DNA of 64,000 nucleotides, taken from NCBI GenBank assembly GCA_965279165.1, contig OZ257140.1:166244-230243 (forward strand), written 5' to 3'. Below the pieces are notes generated by a model, which worked only from the letters and a program-made list of their open reading frames with translations, searched no databases and had not been told where the DNA came from. The stretch is from Bacteroidia bacterium. Its GTDB lineage: Bacteria; Bacteroidota; Bacteroidia; UKL13-3. Numbering within the stretch: position 1 is the stretch's first letter; each line of letters begins with the position of its first letter. This document shows, piece after piece, positions 1 through 11,093 of this stretch. A program made the translations under genes and the position numbers.

Positions 1-1
1 G

Positions 2-1171
2 GATAAAAAACGCATTTTGGTTTATTATTTCGACAGCAAAAAAATGGTTGATGCTACCCTCGACTTCGATTATACAACCGAGTTCTTCCGATGGAATTCG
101 GCAGGAAATGCTTTATATTTTATTTCTGTTTTTGAAGGAACCAAAAATATTTATTATACCCGTGAAGTAGCCGCGAAAAGTGGTTTTAGTTTTACTGCTG
201 TTAAACCGCTTACCATGGGTGATCATGATTATTTGTCTTTTTCCTTGCAAACCGGTACTTCCGATAAATTTTTGATGGTAGGTGCAAAACAAAACCATGC
301 ATTACCAACAGAAGTTTTTGGTATTAATATGCAAGGCAAGGAAAGCCAACTAACATTTACCAACCAAGAATTATTAAAGAACATTCAATGGGGGAAAGAA
401 GAAAAGCGATGGGTAACAACAAGCGACAATAAAAAAATGCTAGTTTGGGTAACCTTACCCGTTGGATTTAATCCCGAAACTAAATACCCTACTTTATTGT
501 ATTGCCAGGGTGGGCCGCAAAGTCCGGTATCTCAGTTTTTTAGTTACCGATGGAATTTTCAGTTAATGGCAACCATGGGATATATCGTGGTTGCACCAAA
601 CAGGCGGGGATTACCAGGATTTGGAAGCGAATGGAACGACCAGATTGGTGGGGATTATGGTGGCCAGTGTATGCAGGATTTATTAAGCGCTATTGACGAC
701 ATGAGCAAAGAGTCATATGTCGACAAAAACAAACTTGCTGCAGTGGGTGCAAGCTTTGGAGGATACTCTGTTTATTGGCTTGCCGGAAACCACCAGAAAC
801 GATTTAAATCCTTTATTGCCCATTGTGGAATGTTTAATATGGAAAGTTGGTATGGAAGTACAGAGGAAATGTGGTTTGCCAACAACGACAACAAAGGGCC
901 ATACTGGCAGGTACCAACGCCAAAGAATTTTGAAGCCTCCCCTCACAAATTTGTGCAGAACTGGGATGCTCCTATTTTGGTAATTCACAATGAAAAAGAT
1001 TTCAGGGTTCCATTAAATCAAGGAATGGAAGCTTTTACAGCTGCTCAACTCAAAGGAGTAAAAAGTCGTTTCCTGTACTTTCCAGACGAAAACCATTGGG
1101 TTACCAAACCACAGAACAGTGTGCTATGGCAACGGGTATTCTTTTCCTGGTTAGATGAGACTTTGAAATAA
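2..1171 (+). CDS. S9 family serine peptidase (prolyl oligopeptidase/dipeptidyl-peptidase-like), 5'-partial
   Basis: The frame stays open back to the window edge. The ORF track begins at a TTG. The C-terminal catalytic domain shows GASFGGY (GxSxGG nucleophile elbow) with downstream Asp and His in alpha/beta-hydrolase arrangement. The N-terminal part looks like a beta-propeller. Confidence 0.8.
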   Translation, partial: DKKRILVYYFDSKKMVDATLDFDYTTEFFRWNSAGNALYFISVFEGTKNIYYTREVAAKSGFSFTAVKPLTMGDHDYLSFSLQTGTSDKFLMVGAKQNHALPTEVFGINMQGKESQLTFTNQELLKNIQWGKEEKRWVTTSDNKKMLVWVTLPVGFNPETKYPTLLYCQGGPQSPVSQFFSYRWNFQLMATMGYIVVAPNRRGLPGFGSEWNDQIGGDYGGQCMQDLLSAIDDMSKESYVDKNKLAAVGASFGGYSVYWLAGNHQKRFKSFIAHCGMFNMESWYGSTEEMWFANNDNKGPYWQVPTPKNFEASPHKFVQNWDAPILVIHNEKDFRVPLNQGMEAFTAAQLKGVKSRFLYFPDENHWVTKPQNSVLWQRVFFSWLDETLK

Positions 1172-1209
1172 GTATAATAATAAATCGTTACCCTTAAAAC
1201 ATAAAACAA

Positions 1210-4032
1210 ATGAAACAGTACAAATTATTTCTTATCTTATTGATTGGATGGTTTATCACCTTCCCTTCTTTTGCTCAAGAGTTACCCGAAGCTGAATTGC
1301 AACGAACCTTAGAGTTATTCCCTAACGTACGTACCGGAAAACTACCAAACGGATTAACGTATTATATCATGCAAAACAAGAAACCGGAGAATCGTATGGA
1401 ACTTCGACTTGCAGTTAATGCCGGCTCAACATCCGAGGATCACGAGCAAGAAGGGTTAGCTCATTTTGTTGAACATATGGCGTTTAATGGTACAGCACAT
1501 TTCAAGAAAAATGAGTTAGTTGATTATTTGGAATCGATAGGTACAAAATTTGGTCCTCACCTAAATGCCTATACCAGTTTTGATGAAACTGTTTATATGA
1601 TGCAGGTACCAACCGATTCGGCACAACAATTCAATAAATCATTTCAGATTTTAGAAGATTGGGCACACGGATTGAGCTTTGATTCTGTTGAAGTAAACAA
1701 GGAAAGAGGAGTTGTAATTGAAGAATGGCGTTTGGGACAAGGGGCTTTTGAACGCATGCGCAACGAATACTGGCCTGTATTATTCAAAGGTTCAAGATAC
1801 GAACAACGGTTACCCATTGGAAAAAAAGAAGTTCTGGAAAAGGCACCTGTAGCTAAATTAAAATCATTTTATAAAGACTGGTATCGACCTAATTTAATGG
1901 CCGTAATTGCGGTGGGTGATTTTAATGTGGATGAGGTAGAACAAAAAATTATAGCCCATTTTTCTAAGTTGGTTAATCCTGCAAAACCACGCCCATTAAC
2001 CAATTGGGTGATTGCCGAGTCGCCAACCGTAGAAATAGCGAAAGCAAAAGATAAGGAAGCTCCTTATACCATGATTCAAATTATATACAAACACCCAACG
2101 GAAGATGTAGTTACAGAAGCGGATTACAGAAAACAATTGATGTATCGGTTATACAACAACATGATTTCATCTCGTTTGGAAGAAATAATCAATAAACCGG
2201 ACGCTCCATTTAATTATGCAGCTTCTTATTATGGTGATTTTGTGCGGTATAAAAACGCCTATGCATCTTTTGCGATTGTGAAAGAAAATAGCATCATGAG
2301 AGGACTTACAGCCTTGGTTGATGAAAATGAAAAGGTGATAAAATTTGGTTTTTCACCCGGCGAATTGGAAAGACAAAAGAAACAGATGTTGCGCGATTTG
2401 GAGAGACAGCAAAACGAACAAGACAAAACAGAATCTAGTCGCATTATTCCAAAAATTGTTTCTTACTATCTCGAAAAACAACCTTTTATAGGTCCTGCGA
2501 AAGAACTCGAATTGTATAACAAATATATTGGCTCTATTCGAATCGATGAATTTAACCAATTGGCGAGAAAATGGATTTCAAAGGATGGTTCCAATTGTAC
2601 CGTGATCATTCAATCTCCGGCAAAACCGGGTATTAAAATCCCAACCGACGACGAAATAAGAGACATGATTTTAACCGTAGGTAAACGCGATATTAAACCA
2701 TATGACGATACAGAAAACAATACTCCTTTTATTGCCAAAATGCCCGTTCCCGGAAAAATAAATGCTGAAAAAAGAGACAAGGAAACCGGTGTGGTTGAAT
2801 ATACCCTTTCCAATGGTGCAACAGTGGCATTTAAACAAACTGAATTCAAAAATGATGAAGTTCAATTGCGTGCTTTAAGTTGGGGAGGTAGTTCACTTTA
2901 TCCATTAAGTGATGATGTAACTGCTTCGGAAGCATCCGGTATTATCAGTAATTCCGGACTAGGCACCTATACCAATGCAGATTTAGATAAATATTTGAAA
3001 GGTAAAATTGCCAATGTTCGTCCTTATATCAGTGAAACCTCCGAAGGCTTATACGGCAGTGCAAGTCCCCAGGATTTAGAAACCATGATGCAGATGATTT
3101 ACCTGTATTTTACTGCCCCACGTAAGGATACTTCAGGATATAAATCTTATATGGATCAGCAAAAAGCGTTTGTAGAGAACCGCTCGTTGGATCCTGAATC
3201 GGCTTACGATGATACCATCGAAGTTACCATGTCGAATTACCATCCTCGCAGAAGACCTTGGACACCGGCTTTATTAAAAGAGGTAAACCATAACAGGGCA
3301 TATGAAATCTTTAAAGACAGATTTTCGGATGCTTCGGGTTTCAACTTTATGTTTGTTGGAAATATTCAGGAAGATATATTTAAAAAATTATGTACCGATT
3401 ACCTCGCGGCATTGCCTTCAACTAATAAATCGGAAACTTGGCAGGATATTGGAATAACTACTCCAAAAGGAAAAATTAAGAAGACTGTAAAAAAAGGTAC
3501 AGAACCCAAAAGTACGGTAACCATGAAATTTACCGGCAATGCAACCTGGACTGCCAAAGAAAATATGGATATGAAAGTATTGCTCAAATTAATGAGCATT
3601 CGCTTACGTGAGGTATTAAGGGAAGAAAATAGTGGTACTTATGGGGTTAGTTGTTACGGAGGCCTTAATCGCATACCTAAACAGGATTTTGCGGTAACCA
3701 TTCAATTTGGATGTGCACCTGAAAACATCGACCGTCTCACAAAAGCCGCATTAAAAGTAATTGAAGAGGTACAAGCAACCGGTTGCGATGAAAAAAATCT
3801 GGTTAAAGTAAAAGAGACTTTCCGGCGTGAAAGAGAAGTGAACCTGAAAGAAAACAACTGGTGGATGAATACCATCAGCCAGCATTACGCGATGAAAGAC
3901 CCCTACCCTTCACAAAAAGAATTTGATGCCTATTTTGAAAATTTGAAGTCAGAAGATTTTACAGCCGCGGCGAAGAAATATTTTGATAAAGAAAATTACG
4001 CCTATTTCACTTGGGTTCCTGAAACCAACTAA
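1210..4032 (+). CDS. M16 family zinc peptidase (insulinase-like), secreted
   Basis: Signal peptide MKQYKLFLILLIGWFITFPSFAQ. Inverted zinc motif HFVEHMAFNGT (HxxEH). Two M16 halves, about 940 aa. Confidence 0.85.
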   Translation: MKQYKLFLILLIGWFITFPSFAQELPEAELQRTLELFPNVRTGKLPNGLTYYIMQNKKPENRMELRLAVNAGSTSEDHEQEGLAHFVEHMAFNGTAHFKKNELVDYLESIGTKFGPHLNAYTSFDETVYMMQVPTDSAQQFNKSFQILEDWAHGLSFDSVEVNKERGVVIEEWRLGQGAFERMRNEYWPVLFKGSRYEQRLPIGKKEVLEKAPVAKLKSFYKDWYRPNLMAVIAVGDFNVDEVEQKIIAHFSKLVNPAKPRPLTNWVIAESPTVEIAKAKDKEAPYTMIQIIYKHPTEDVVTEADYRKQLMYRLYNNMISSRLEEIINKPDAPFNYAASYYGDFVRYKNAYASFAIVKENSIMRGLTALVDENEKVIKFGFSPGELERQKKQMLRDLERQQNEQDKTESSRIIPKIVSYYLEKQPFIGPAKELELYNKYIGSIRIDEFNQLARKWISKDGSNCTVIIQSPAKPGIKIPTDDEIRDMILTVGKRDIKPYDDTENNTPFIAKMPVPGKINAEKRDKETGVVEYTLSNGATVAFKQTEFKNDEVQLRALSWGGSSLYPLSDDVTASEASGIISNSGLGTYTNADLDKYLKGKIANVRPYISETSEGLYGSASPQDLETMMQMIYLYFTAPRKDTSGYKSYMDQQKAFVENRSLDPESAYDDTIEVTMSNYHPRRRPWTPALLKEVNHNRAYEIFKDRFSDASGFNFMFVGNIQEDIFKKLCTDYLAALPSTNKSETWQDIGITTPKGKIKKTVKKGTEPKSTVTMKFTGNATWTAKENMDMKVLLKLMSIRLREVLREENSGTYGVSCYGGLNRIPKQDFAVTIQFGCAPENIDRLTKAALKVIEEVQATGCDEKNLVKVKETFRREREVNLKENNWWMNTISQHYAMKDPYPSQKEFDAYFENLKSEDFTAAAKKYFDKENYAYFTWVPETN

Positions 4033-4037
4033 TAACG

Positions 4038-5924
4038 TTGAAAAGATTTGTTTTGTTTGTGTTTTTCGTATGCGGAGGGATTTCCTTCCGCATACTGGCA
4101 CAAACCGACAGTCTTGCAATAGATGTAAAGCCTAGGGATGGCATAACCAATCTTAAGGCTATTACCAGCTGCCAACGACAAATAATTACCGCCGAACAAA
4201 TTCGTTTGAGTGGTTATACGCAAATAACCGATTTACTGCAACTGTTGGATGCCGCTACCTTTATTGATAATGGTAAAGCATATTGGAATATCCAATTAAA
4301 CGGAACATCAAACTACCAGAATCCTGGAATAATCCTGATGTTAAACGGTCAGAAGATTATGTACCAGGGTAATTTATCCTTGGCAATGCAACAACTCGGA
4401 ATTAGCATACAGGAAGTGGAAAGCATGCAAATCATCCATACTCCGGATATGTATTTGGGAGAGTACGCGGATAAAGGAATCATCCATATCCTTACCAAAA
4501 AGAAATTTGAAGGATTCTCCTACCGTGGCTTTTTAGGAACCGGAATAACCGGTAAAGACAAAGAACTTGATGGAACAGAACTAATCAACTACCATACATT
4601 TGGCTATGCCAAAAAGAATTTTACATCAAATTTTTCAATAGGCATTCAGCAATTAAATAATTCTAAACAAGATTATACCAGCAGATTTGACCTTGGATAC
4701 CAAAGTAAGAAGATGTTACAACAATTACAGGGAAATTTTGCTATATCGGATAGAAATATTTACAACAATAAGTTCAATTTAGGACGATACAATTTAGGTT
4801 ATATTAATCAGTATAAAACCGGAGTGAAGAGTTATCTAAGAGCAAATATTAACCTTCATTCTTCAGGTTATACATATCAATTAGGAAGATACCTTTCCGT
4901 TAATTCAAATGTTTTTTATCAGTTGAATCAACCTTACAAAAAAGACTTTATTCGCTTTCAAATAGGGTTTGCTCACGAATATTCTCATCAAGAAACCGAT
5001 TACTATTTACTTAATGGTGATTTTAAGTTTCAACTATTTAAACCATATTTATCTTTTAGCCATCCATTAACACGCAAATCCTGGATAAGTAGTGATGTAC
5101 AAATAATTACCAATCAAAAAAATATTGCCTATAAAACATCCTTAAGTTTGTACAAACGAATCAGTATTATTTCCAATTGGAGTTTGGTGGCTTCGTATGC
5201 AGAGAGGCTAAATGAAGAGGATTTGTCTACCGGATTTCGGTACCCAAGTATATATTATTTTAACTATTATACTTTGGAAATATTTCCAAGCAATGGGCCT
5301 AATTTTATCAACCCATATTACAAAAGCAACCAATTTACTTTTGATGCCAATTATGCCATGAATATTGGGAACAATTTTAAATTTTACCTTACCTCGGGCA
5401 TAAAATACTTGTTTAACCAACCGTATTATGAAAACGGAAGGATTATTTATGGCATCCAACAAGTTAGTTATGTATTGCCTAATTTTTACCACGATATGCA
5501 AACCTTCAATTGGGTAAATCGCTTCAACCTGCATTATGATGTATTGAGCAATATGTTTGTTGATTTTAACTATCTCTATACTTCCCAAATGAAAGGAGAT
5601 GAAATTTTCATGTCGACCATTCCGAAACATAAAACAACCTTTATTATCAATTATAAGCTGCCTAAACAATTCCATTTGTGGAACCGTTTCTTTTATCAAA
5701 GTGCTACTACTAACTGGAATGGCTACAATTACAACGATGGAAACATTACCTATCCTGCCACATATGCCTCGCAATTTCTTTGGGATTTGGGCTTTTCAAG
5801 AAGTTTTTGGGATAACGCGCTTCAAATCAACCTGACCGGTAGAAATATACTCGACAATGAAAATCCTTATGGCGATTTTGGGCATACGAGTATTATCCTT
5901 GGAATTGGCTTGGCCATTCGTTAA
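4038..5924 (+). CDS. Putative outer-membrane beta-barrel protein (TonB-dependent-receptor-like)
   Basis: Signal peptide. Plug-like N-terminal segment. Tyr/Asn/Gly-rich alternating strands with an aromatic-rich C-terminus. Lies 6 bp after the M16 gene, so it is probably co-transcribed. Confidence 0.5.
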   Translation: MKRFVLFVFFVCGGISFRILAQTDSLAIDVKPRDGITNLKAITSCQRQIITAEQIRLSGYTQITDLLQLLDAATFIDNGKAYWNIQLNGTSNYQNPGIILMLNGQKIMYQGNLSLAMQQLGISIQEVESMQIIHTPDMYLGEYADKGIIHILTKKKFEGFSYRGFLGTGITGKDKELDGTELINYHTFGYAKKNFTSNFSIGIQQLNNSKQDYTSRFDLGYQSKKMLQQLQGNFAISDRNIYNNKFNLGRYNLGYINQYKTGVKSYLRANINLHSSGYTYQLGRYLSVNSNVFYQLNQPYKKDFIRFQIGFAHEYSHQETDYYLLNGDFKFQLFKPYLSFSHPLTRKSWISSDVQIITNQKNIAYKTSLSLYKRISIISNWSLVASYAERLNEEDLSTGFRYPSIYYFNYYTLEIFPSNGPNFINPYYKSNQFTFDANYAMNIGNNFKFYLTSGIKYLFNQPYYENGRIIYGIQQVSYVLPNFYHDMQTFNWVNRFNLHYDVLSNMFVDFNYLYTSQMKGDEIFMSTIPKHKTTFIINYKLPKQFHLWNRFFYQSATTNWNGYNYNDGNITYPATYASQFLWDLGFSRSFWDNALQINLTGRNILDNENPYGDFGHTSIILGIGLAIR

Positions 5925-5964
5925 TAGGTTTGTTAGGCTGAGGCTAAAACGATAAATTCGCCGC

Positions 5965-7377
5965 GTGATTGTTCCATTGCACGATAAGATATTCTCTGAA
6001 ATAAGCGAAGTGGCTACCAAACAAAATGCGAAAGTATTTGTGGTTGGCGGATATGTGCGTGATATTTTCCTGAAACGCAATTCGAAAGATGTTGATTTGG
6101 TAGTTTTGGGTGATGGAATTGCCCTGGCAAAAGCGTTTGCCGAAAGCCGGAAAGAAAAAACAGATTTTGCGTTTTTTAAAAATTTCGGAACGGCAATGGT
6201 ACAAACCGGTGGCTGGGAGGTAGAATTTGTTGGTGCAAGAAAGGAATCCTATACACCCGATTCAAGAAAACCCTTTGTTGAACCCGGAACCTTGGTTGAT
6301 GACCAATTGCGAAGAGACTTTACCATCAATGCCCTTGCCATAAGTTTAAACAAAGAAAATTATGGTGAATTGATAGATCCATTTGATGGACTTGCAGATA
6401 TTGAACATAAAATTATTCAAACACCAACCGATCCGGATATTACTTTTTCCGACGATCCGTTGCGCATGATGCGCGCCATACGATTTGCAACCCAACTGCA
6501 TTTCGAAATTGAAACACATACTTTCGATTCCATTTGCAGAAACAAAGACCGTATCTCCATTATTTCAATGGAAAGGATCAGCGACGAATTGAATAAAATA
6601 CTGCTTTGTAAAAAACCATCCATCGGTTTAAACCTTTTGTTTGATGCCGGATTACTTGCATTGATTTTTCCGGAATTACATGCCATGCAGGGCGTTGAAA
6701 CACGCAATGGCAAAGCTCATAAGGATAATTTTTACCATACCCTGATGGTATTGGATAATTTATCAAAAGAGTCAAACGACTTATGGTTGCGATGGAGCGC
6801 CTTGCTGCATGATATTGCCAAACCGGTGACCAAAAAATATATTCTATCAGATGGCTGGACCTTTCACGGACATGAAGACAAAGGCTCGCGTATGGTAAAA
6901 GGAATATTCAGGCGTTTGAAATTGCCCTTAAACGAGAAAATGAAGTTTGTTGAGAAAATGGTTAGTCTTCACCACAGGCCAAAAGCGCTTGCAGAAGATG
7001 GCGTAACCGATTCCGCCATTCGTCGTTTGATTGTAGATGCCAACGAAGACTTAGATGCCTTATTTACTCTTTGCCGAGCTGATATGACAACCAAAAACAA
7101 CAGCAAACTAGAAAACTACCGTGAAAATTTACGCAATGTGCAGCAAATGGTTGCAGATGTAACGGAAAGAGACACGCTAAGAAACTGGCAACCGCCAATA
7201 GATGGTTCACATATCATGGAAACTTTTGGTATTGGTCCGGGCAAAGAAATCGGAATCATAAAAAGTGAAATAAGGGAATCTATACTGGAAGGCAAAATAA
7301 AAAACAACTTTGATGAAGCTTTTGCATTGATGTTAGAAATAGGAAATAAATTGGGATTGAAACAAATAAAAATATGA
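5965..7377 (+). CDS. tRNA nucleotidyltransferase / poly(A) polymerase family protein with HD domain (CCA-adding enzyme-like)
   Basis: GGYVRD...DVDLVV nucleotidyltransferase head motif, an RxxRF motif, and an HD domain (HDIAK, HH). Confidence 0.8.
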   Translation: MIVPLHDKIFSEISEVATKQNAKVFVVGGYVRDIFLKRNSKDVDLVVLGDGIALAKAFAESRKEKTDFAFFKNFGTAMVQTGGWEVEFVGARKESYTPDSRKPFVEPGTLVDDQLRRDFTINALAISLNKENYGELIDPFDGLADIEHKIIQTPTDPDITFSDDPLRMMRAIRFATQLHFEIETHTFDSICRNKDRISIISMERISDELNKILLCKKPSIGLNLLFDAGLLALIFPELHAMQGVETRNGKAHKDNFYHTLMVLDNLSKESNDLWLRWSALLHDIAKPVTKKYILSDGWTFHGHEDKGSRMVKGIFRRLKLPLNEKMKFVEKMVSLHHRPKALAEDGVTDSAIRRLIVDANEDLDALFTLCRADMTTKNNSKLENYRENLRNVQQMVADVTERDTLRNWQPPIDGSHIMETFGIGPGKEIGIIKSEIRESILEGKIKNNFDEAFALMLEIGNKLGLKQIKI

Positions 7378-8204
7378 AAAAAACGATAGCTATATTTCTC
7401 TTTCTTGGTATGCTGGCAGCCTCTTGCAGCAAGTCGTCAAACGACGATGCGTTTGTAGACCCATGCGGAGGAACTTCTCCCGGCGGTTTGGTTAGCCTTT
7501 TAATTACTCCGGAAGATGATATAAAAATGGGGGAACAAACCAGGGATTATATTGAAAGTGATTCGAGTGGCATGAAGGTGATGGACTCGATTCTGTATGT
7601 TGCGGCATACAGACATATTTACCGCATCAGGGATTCCATTCTTAATTCAGGAAAGGTTTACTATAAAAAAACATTTCCTTGGCGTATCCGATTGATCAAA
7701 GATGATTCTACATTAAATGCATTTTGTACTCCAGGTGGCTTTATTTATGTGTATACCGGCATCATTAAATACCTTGATAATGAAACGCAATTAGCAGGAG
7801 TTATGGGACATGAAATTGCCCATGCCGACAGAAGGCACAGTGCCAATCAAATGATTAAACAATATGGGGTGGCCGGTTTGCTGGGTATTTTAACCGGAGG
7901 AAATCCGGGTCAATTAACCACACTTGCAACCAATTTATTGTTGTTAAAATACAGCCGTGATCACGAAAGAGAAGCCGACGATTATTCGGTTAGATTTTTA
8001 TATCCTACCGTTTATGATCCAAGAGGTGCCAAATACTTTTTTGAAAAAATAGGAAGTAGTGGTGTGCCTGAATTTATCAGTACCCATCCGGATCCGGGTA
8101 ACAGGGTAACAGCAATTGAACAGAAATGGAATTGTTTGGGTGGAAGAACCGACGGACAAACTTTTGATGCTAGGTACCAGGATTTTAAGAATTCGCTTAA
8201 TTAG
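7374..8204 (+). CDS. M48 family metalloprotease, lipoprotein
   Basis: Signal peptide plus Cys (LAASCSKS). GHEIAHADRRH HExxH motif and a downstream Glu. Overlaps the upstream gene by 4 bp. Confidence 0.8.
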   Translation: MKKTIAIFLFLGMLAASCSKSSNDDAFVDPCGGTSPGGLVSLLITPEDDIKMGEQTRDYIESDSSGMKVMDSILYVAAYRHIYRIRDSILNSGKVYYKKTFPWRIRLIKDDSTLNAFCTPGGFIYVYTGIIKYLDNETQLAGVMGHEIAHADRRHSANQMIKQYGVAGLLGILTGGNPGQLTTLATNLLLLKYSRDHEREADDYSVRFLYPTVYDPRGAKYFFEKIGSSGVPEFISTHPDPGNRVTAIEQKWNCLGGRTDGQTFDARYQDFKNSLN

Positions 8205-8216
8205 AGGGGAAAGGGA

Positions 8217-11039
8217 TTAGAGTACAATATTTACAATTTTCCCTTTCACAAAAATCACCTTTTTGGGTGTTTTTCCTTCCAACCATTTAATTACTGTTTC
8301 ATCTTTTAAAACAGTTTCTTCGATTTCTTTTGCATCGGTTTGCAATGAAAATTCGATATTGGTTCGGTGTTTTCCGTTTATGGAAATTGGGTAGCTAAAC
8401 GTATCTTCAATTAAATATGCTGCATTAAATTCAGGGAATGTCGCATTCGCAATTGTATCAGCATTACCAAGCGACTTCCACAATTCTTCAGTGATATGCG
8501 GGGCATAGGAATGCAAACAAATAAGCAGGTTTTCTAAAACACTTTTCTTGCTGCATTTAAGTTCGGTTAACTCGTTTACACAAATCATAAAACTACTCAC
8601 TGAGGTATTAAACGAAAATCCTTCGATATCCTCTCCTACTTTTTTTATTAGTTTATGGAGCGCCTTTAATTCTTTCTTTTCTGCCGATGAATCTTTTACC
8701 AATAACTGTCCGTCTTGATCATAAAACAAGCGCCATAATTTTTTCAAGAACCGATGAACACCTTCAATTCCTTGTGTACTCCATGGCTTACTTTGTTCTA
8801 AAGGACCTAAAAACATTTCATACAAGCGCAAGGTATCCGCACCGTAATCTTCTACAATTTTATCCGGACTAACTACGTTGTGTTTTGACTTGGACATCTT
8901 TTCAACTTCGCTGCCACAGATATATTTCCCTTCTTCCAGTATAAATTCTGCAGTGTTATATTCCTCTCTCCATAATTTAAATGCGTCAATGTCGAGCTCA
9001 TCATTTCTTACCATGTTTACATCAACATGCAACGCTATGGTTTGAAAATCTTTGATTAATCCAACAGAAACAAATGTGTTTTTATCTTTTAAACGATACA
9101 CAAAATTACTCCTACCCTGTATCATTCCTTGGTTTATCAGCTTTTGTGCCGGTTCCTGCATGGGAATAAATCCTCGGTCAAAAAGAAATTTGGTCCAGAA
9201 TCTTACATACAATAAATGACCTGTTGCATGTTCGCTTCCACCCAGATATAAATCCACATTTTTCCAATATTCAATAGCTTCCTTCGATGCAAATTGATTG
9301 GGATTATGTGGATCCATATAGCGTAAAAAATACCACGACGAACCTGCCCAACCCGGCATGGTAGTAGTTTCCAATGGATAGCCGCTAATGTCTGTACATC
9401 CCTTTTCTTCGTTCCATTTCCATTTATCCGCTCTTGCCAAAGGTGGTTCACCATCCTCGGTGGGTAAAAATTTATTTACCTCCGGTAACACCAAAGGAAG
9501 GTTGTTTTCAGGAATACAATATGGCATTCCATTCTTAAAATACACCGGAATAGGTTCGCCCCAATACCTTTGTCTGCCAAAGATGGCATCGCGTAAACGA
9601 AAATTGGTTTTCCCTTTTCCTAATTGTTGTTTCTCTATATATTCAATTGCCTTTTTGATGGCATCTTTCACTTCGAGTCCATCCAAAAATCCGGAGTTTA
9701 TCAATACACCTTCTTTTGCATCATAGGACGATTCTTCAATTGAAACCGGTTCATTATCTGCGGGCTGAACCACTGCAACAACCGGCAATTCGAAGTAACG
9801 TGCGAAGGCAAAATCGCGAGAATCGTGTGCCGGTACTGCCATTACAGCCCCGGTTCCATAACCTGCCAGCACATAATCAGCAACCCAAATTGGAATTTCC
9901 TTGCCGGTAAAAGGATGGATGGCATAAGAGCCGGTAAACTCACCACTGATTCGTTTCACCTCTGTTTGTCTTTCACGTTCGCTGCGGTTTTTTACTTCAT
10001 CCACATAGCCAATTACATTATCCATGCAATCGGCAGCTGTTATGGCTTCAAGCATTTCGTGTTCGGGTGCAATAACCAGAAAAGTTGCTCCGTATATGGT
10101 ATCCGGACGGGTAGTAAACACTTCGATTTCTAGATTGGCATCCTGCACTTTAAAATTGATGCTTGCACCTTGCGATTTTCCAATCCAGTTGCGTTGCGAT
10201 TCTTTGATACTTTCTGTCCATTCAATGGTATCCAAATCCTTTAATAACCTTTCGGCATATGCCGTAATGCGCATGCTCCACTGGTTCATCAATTTTCGTT
10301 CAACCGGATAACCTCCTCGTTCACTGACTCCGTCTTTTACTTCATCGTTGCTTAAAACCGTACCTAGTTGCGGACACCAATTAACATAAGCTTCACTCAA
10401 ATAGGCCAGACGAAATCCAAGTAAAACTTTTTCTTTTTTGATGGCATCATAATTATTCCAATCAGAAGCTGAAAAGGGAGGAGAATCCAATTCAATACCC
10501 CCATTTAACGTGTGATCGTTAGAACCTTTATACCCGCTTTTAGAAAATATATCCACCAAAGTTTCGATTGATTCCGCTTTGTGTTTTTTATAATTAAACC
10601 AGGAATTAAACAGTTGAATAAATATCCATTGCGTCCATTTGTAATAAGATGGATCACTGGTTCTAACTTCTCTTGTCCAATCGTAACTGAAACCAATTTT
10701 ATCCAATTGATCTCTATATCTGGCAATATTGTTTTCGGTAGTTATAGCAGGATGCTGACCGGTTTGAATGGCATATTGTTCGGCCGGTAACCCGAACGAG
10801 TCATAGCCCATTGGATGCAGCACATTAAAACCTTTCAGTCGTTTATAACGGGCATAAATGTCGGAAGCTATATATCCTAATGGATGTCCAACATGTAAAC
10901 CTGCACCACTTGGATATGGAAACATATCTAACACATAGCATTTAGGCTTTGCAGTATTTTCAGAAACTTTGTATACCTGATTTGACCTCCAGTAATCTTG
11001 CCAGAATTGTTCTGTTTTTTTAAAATCGTACTCTTTCAT
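8217..11039 (-). CDS. leuS: Leucine--tRNA ligase
   Basis: HIGH-region [21 protein letters not shown] motif and CP1 editing domain. 940 aa. Confidence 0.95.
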   Translation of the reverse strand: MKEYDFKKTEQFWQDYWRSNQVYKVSENTAKPKCYVLDMFPYPSGAGLHVGHPLGYIASDIYARYKRLKGFNVLHPMGYDSFGLPAEQYAIQTGQHPAITTENNIARYRDQLDKIGFSYDWTREVRTSDPSYYKWTQWIFIQLFNSWFNYKKHKAESIETLVDIFSKSGYKGSNDHTLNGGIELDSPPFSASDWNNYDAIKKEKVLLGFRLAYLSEAYVNWCPQLGTVLSNDEVKDGVSERGGYPVERKLMNQWSMRITAYAERLLKDLDTIEWTESIKESQRNWIGKSQGASINFKVQDANLEIEVFTTRPDTIYGATFLVIAPEHEMLEAITAADCMDNVIGYVDEVKNRSERERQTEVKRISGEFTGSYAIHPFTGKEIPIWVADYVLAGYGTGAVMAVPAHDSRDFAFARYFELPVVAVVQPADNEPVSIEESSYDAKEGVLINSGFLDGLEVKDAIKKAIEYIEKQQLGKGKTNFRLRDAIFGRQRYWGEPIPVYFKNGMPYCIPENNLPLVLPEVNKFLPTEDGEPPLARADKWKWNEEKGCTDISGYPLETTTMPGWAGSSWYFLRYMDPHNPNQFASKEAIEYWKNVDLYLGGSEHATGHLLYVRFWTKFLFDRGFIPMQEPAQKLINQGMIQGRSNFVYRLKDKNTFVSVGLIKDFQTIALHVDVNMVRNDELDIDAFKLWREEYNTAEFILEEGKYICGSEVEKMSKSKHNVVSPDKIVEDYGADTLRLYEMFLGPLEQSKPWSTQGIEGVHRFLKKLWRLFYDQDGQLLVKDSSAEKKELKALHKLIKKVGEDIEGFSFNTSVSSFMICVNELTELKCSKKSVLENLLICLHSYAPHITEELWKSLGNADTIANATFPEFNAAYLIEDTFSYPISINGKHRTNIEFSLQTDAKEIEETVLKDETVIKWLEGKTPKKVIFVKGKIVNIVL

Positions 11040-11093
11040 CCCGTAAACATTGCAGATAAAGGTATATGCCTTTATAAATTAAGTTAGAAATAA

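Noticed and set aside
5208-5774. 188-aa minus-strand ORF
   Set aside because: It lies entirely antisense within the well-supported outer-membrane protein gene 4038-5924. It has low complexity and is likely spurious.
8205-8250. Bidirectional terminator between the M48 protease gene and leuS
   Set aside because: The only stem (GAAAGGGA ... TCCCTTTC) has a 24-nt loop, and its 3' half lies inside the leuS coding sequence. It is not convincing.
113-10790. Numerous 60-110-aa ORFs antisense to or nested in the S9, M16, leuS, CCA-enzyme and other large genes (for example 113-298, 713-988, 2259-2865, 9203-10311)
   Set aside because: All are embedded in strongly supported long CDSs on the other strand or frame. 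They show no independent signals.
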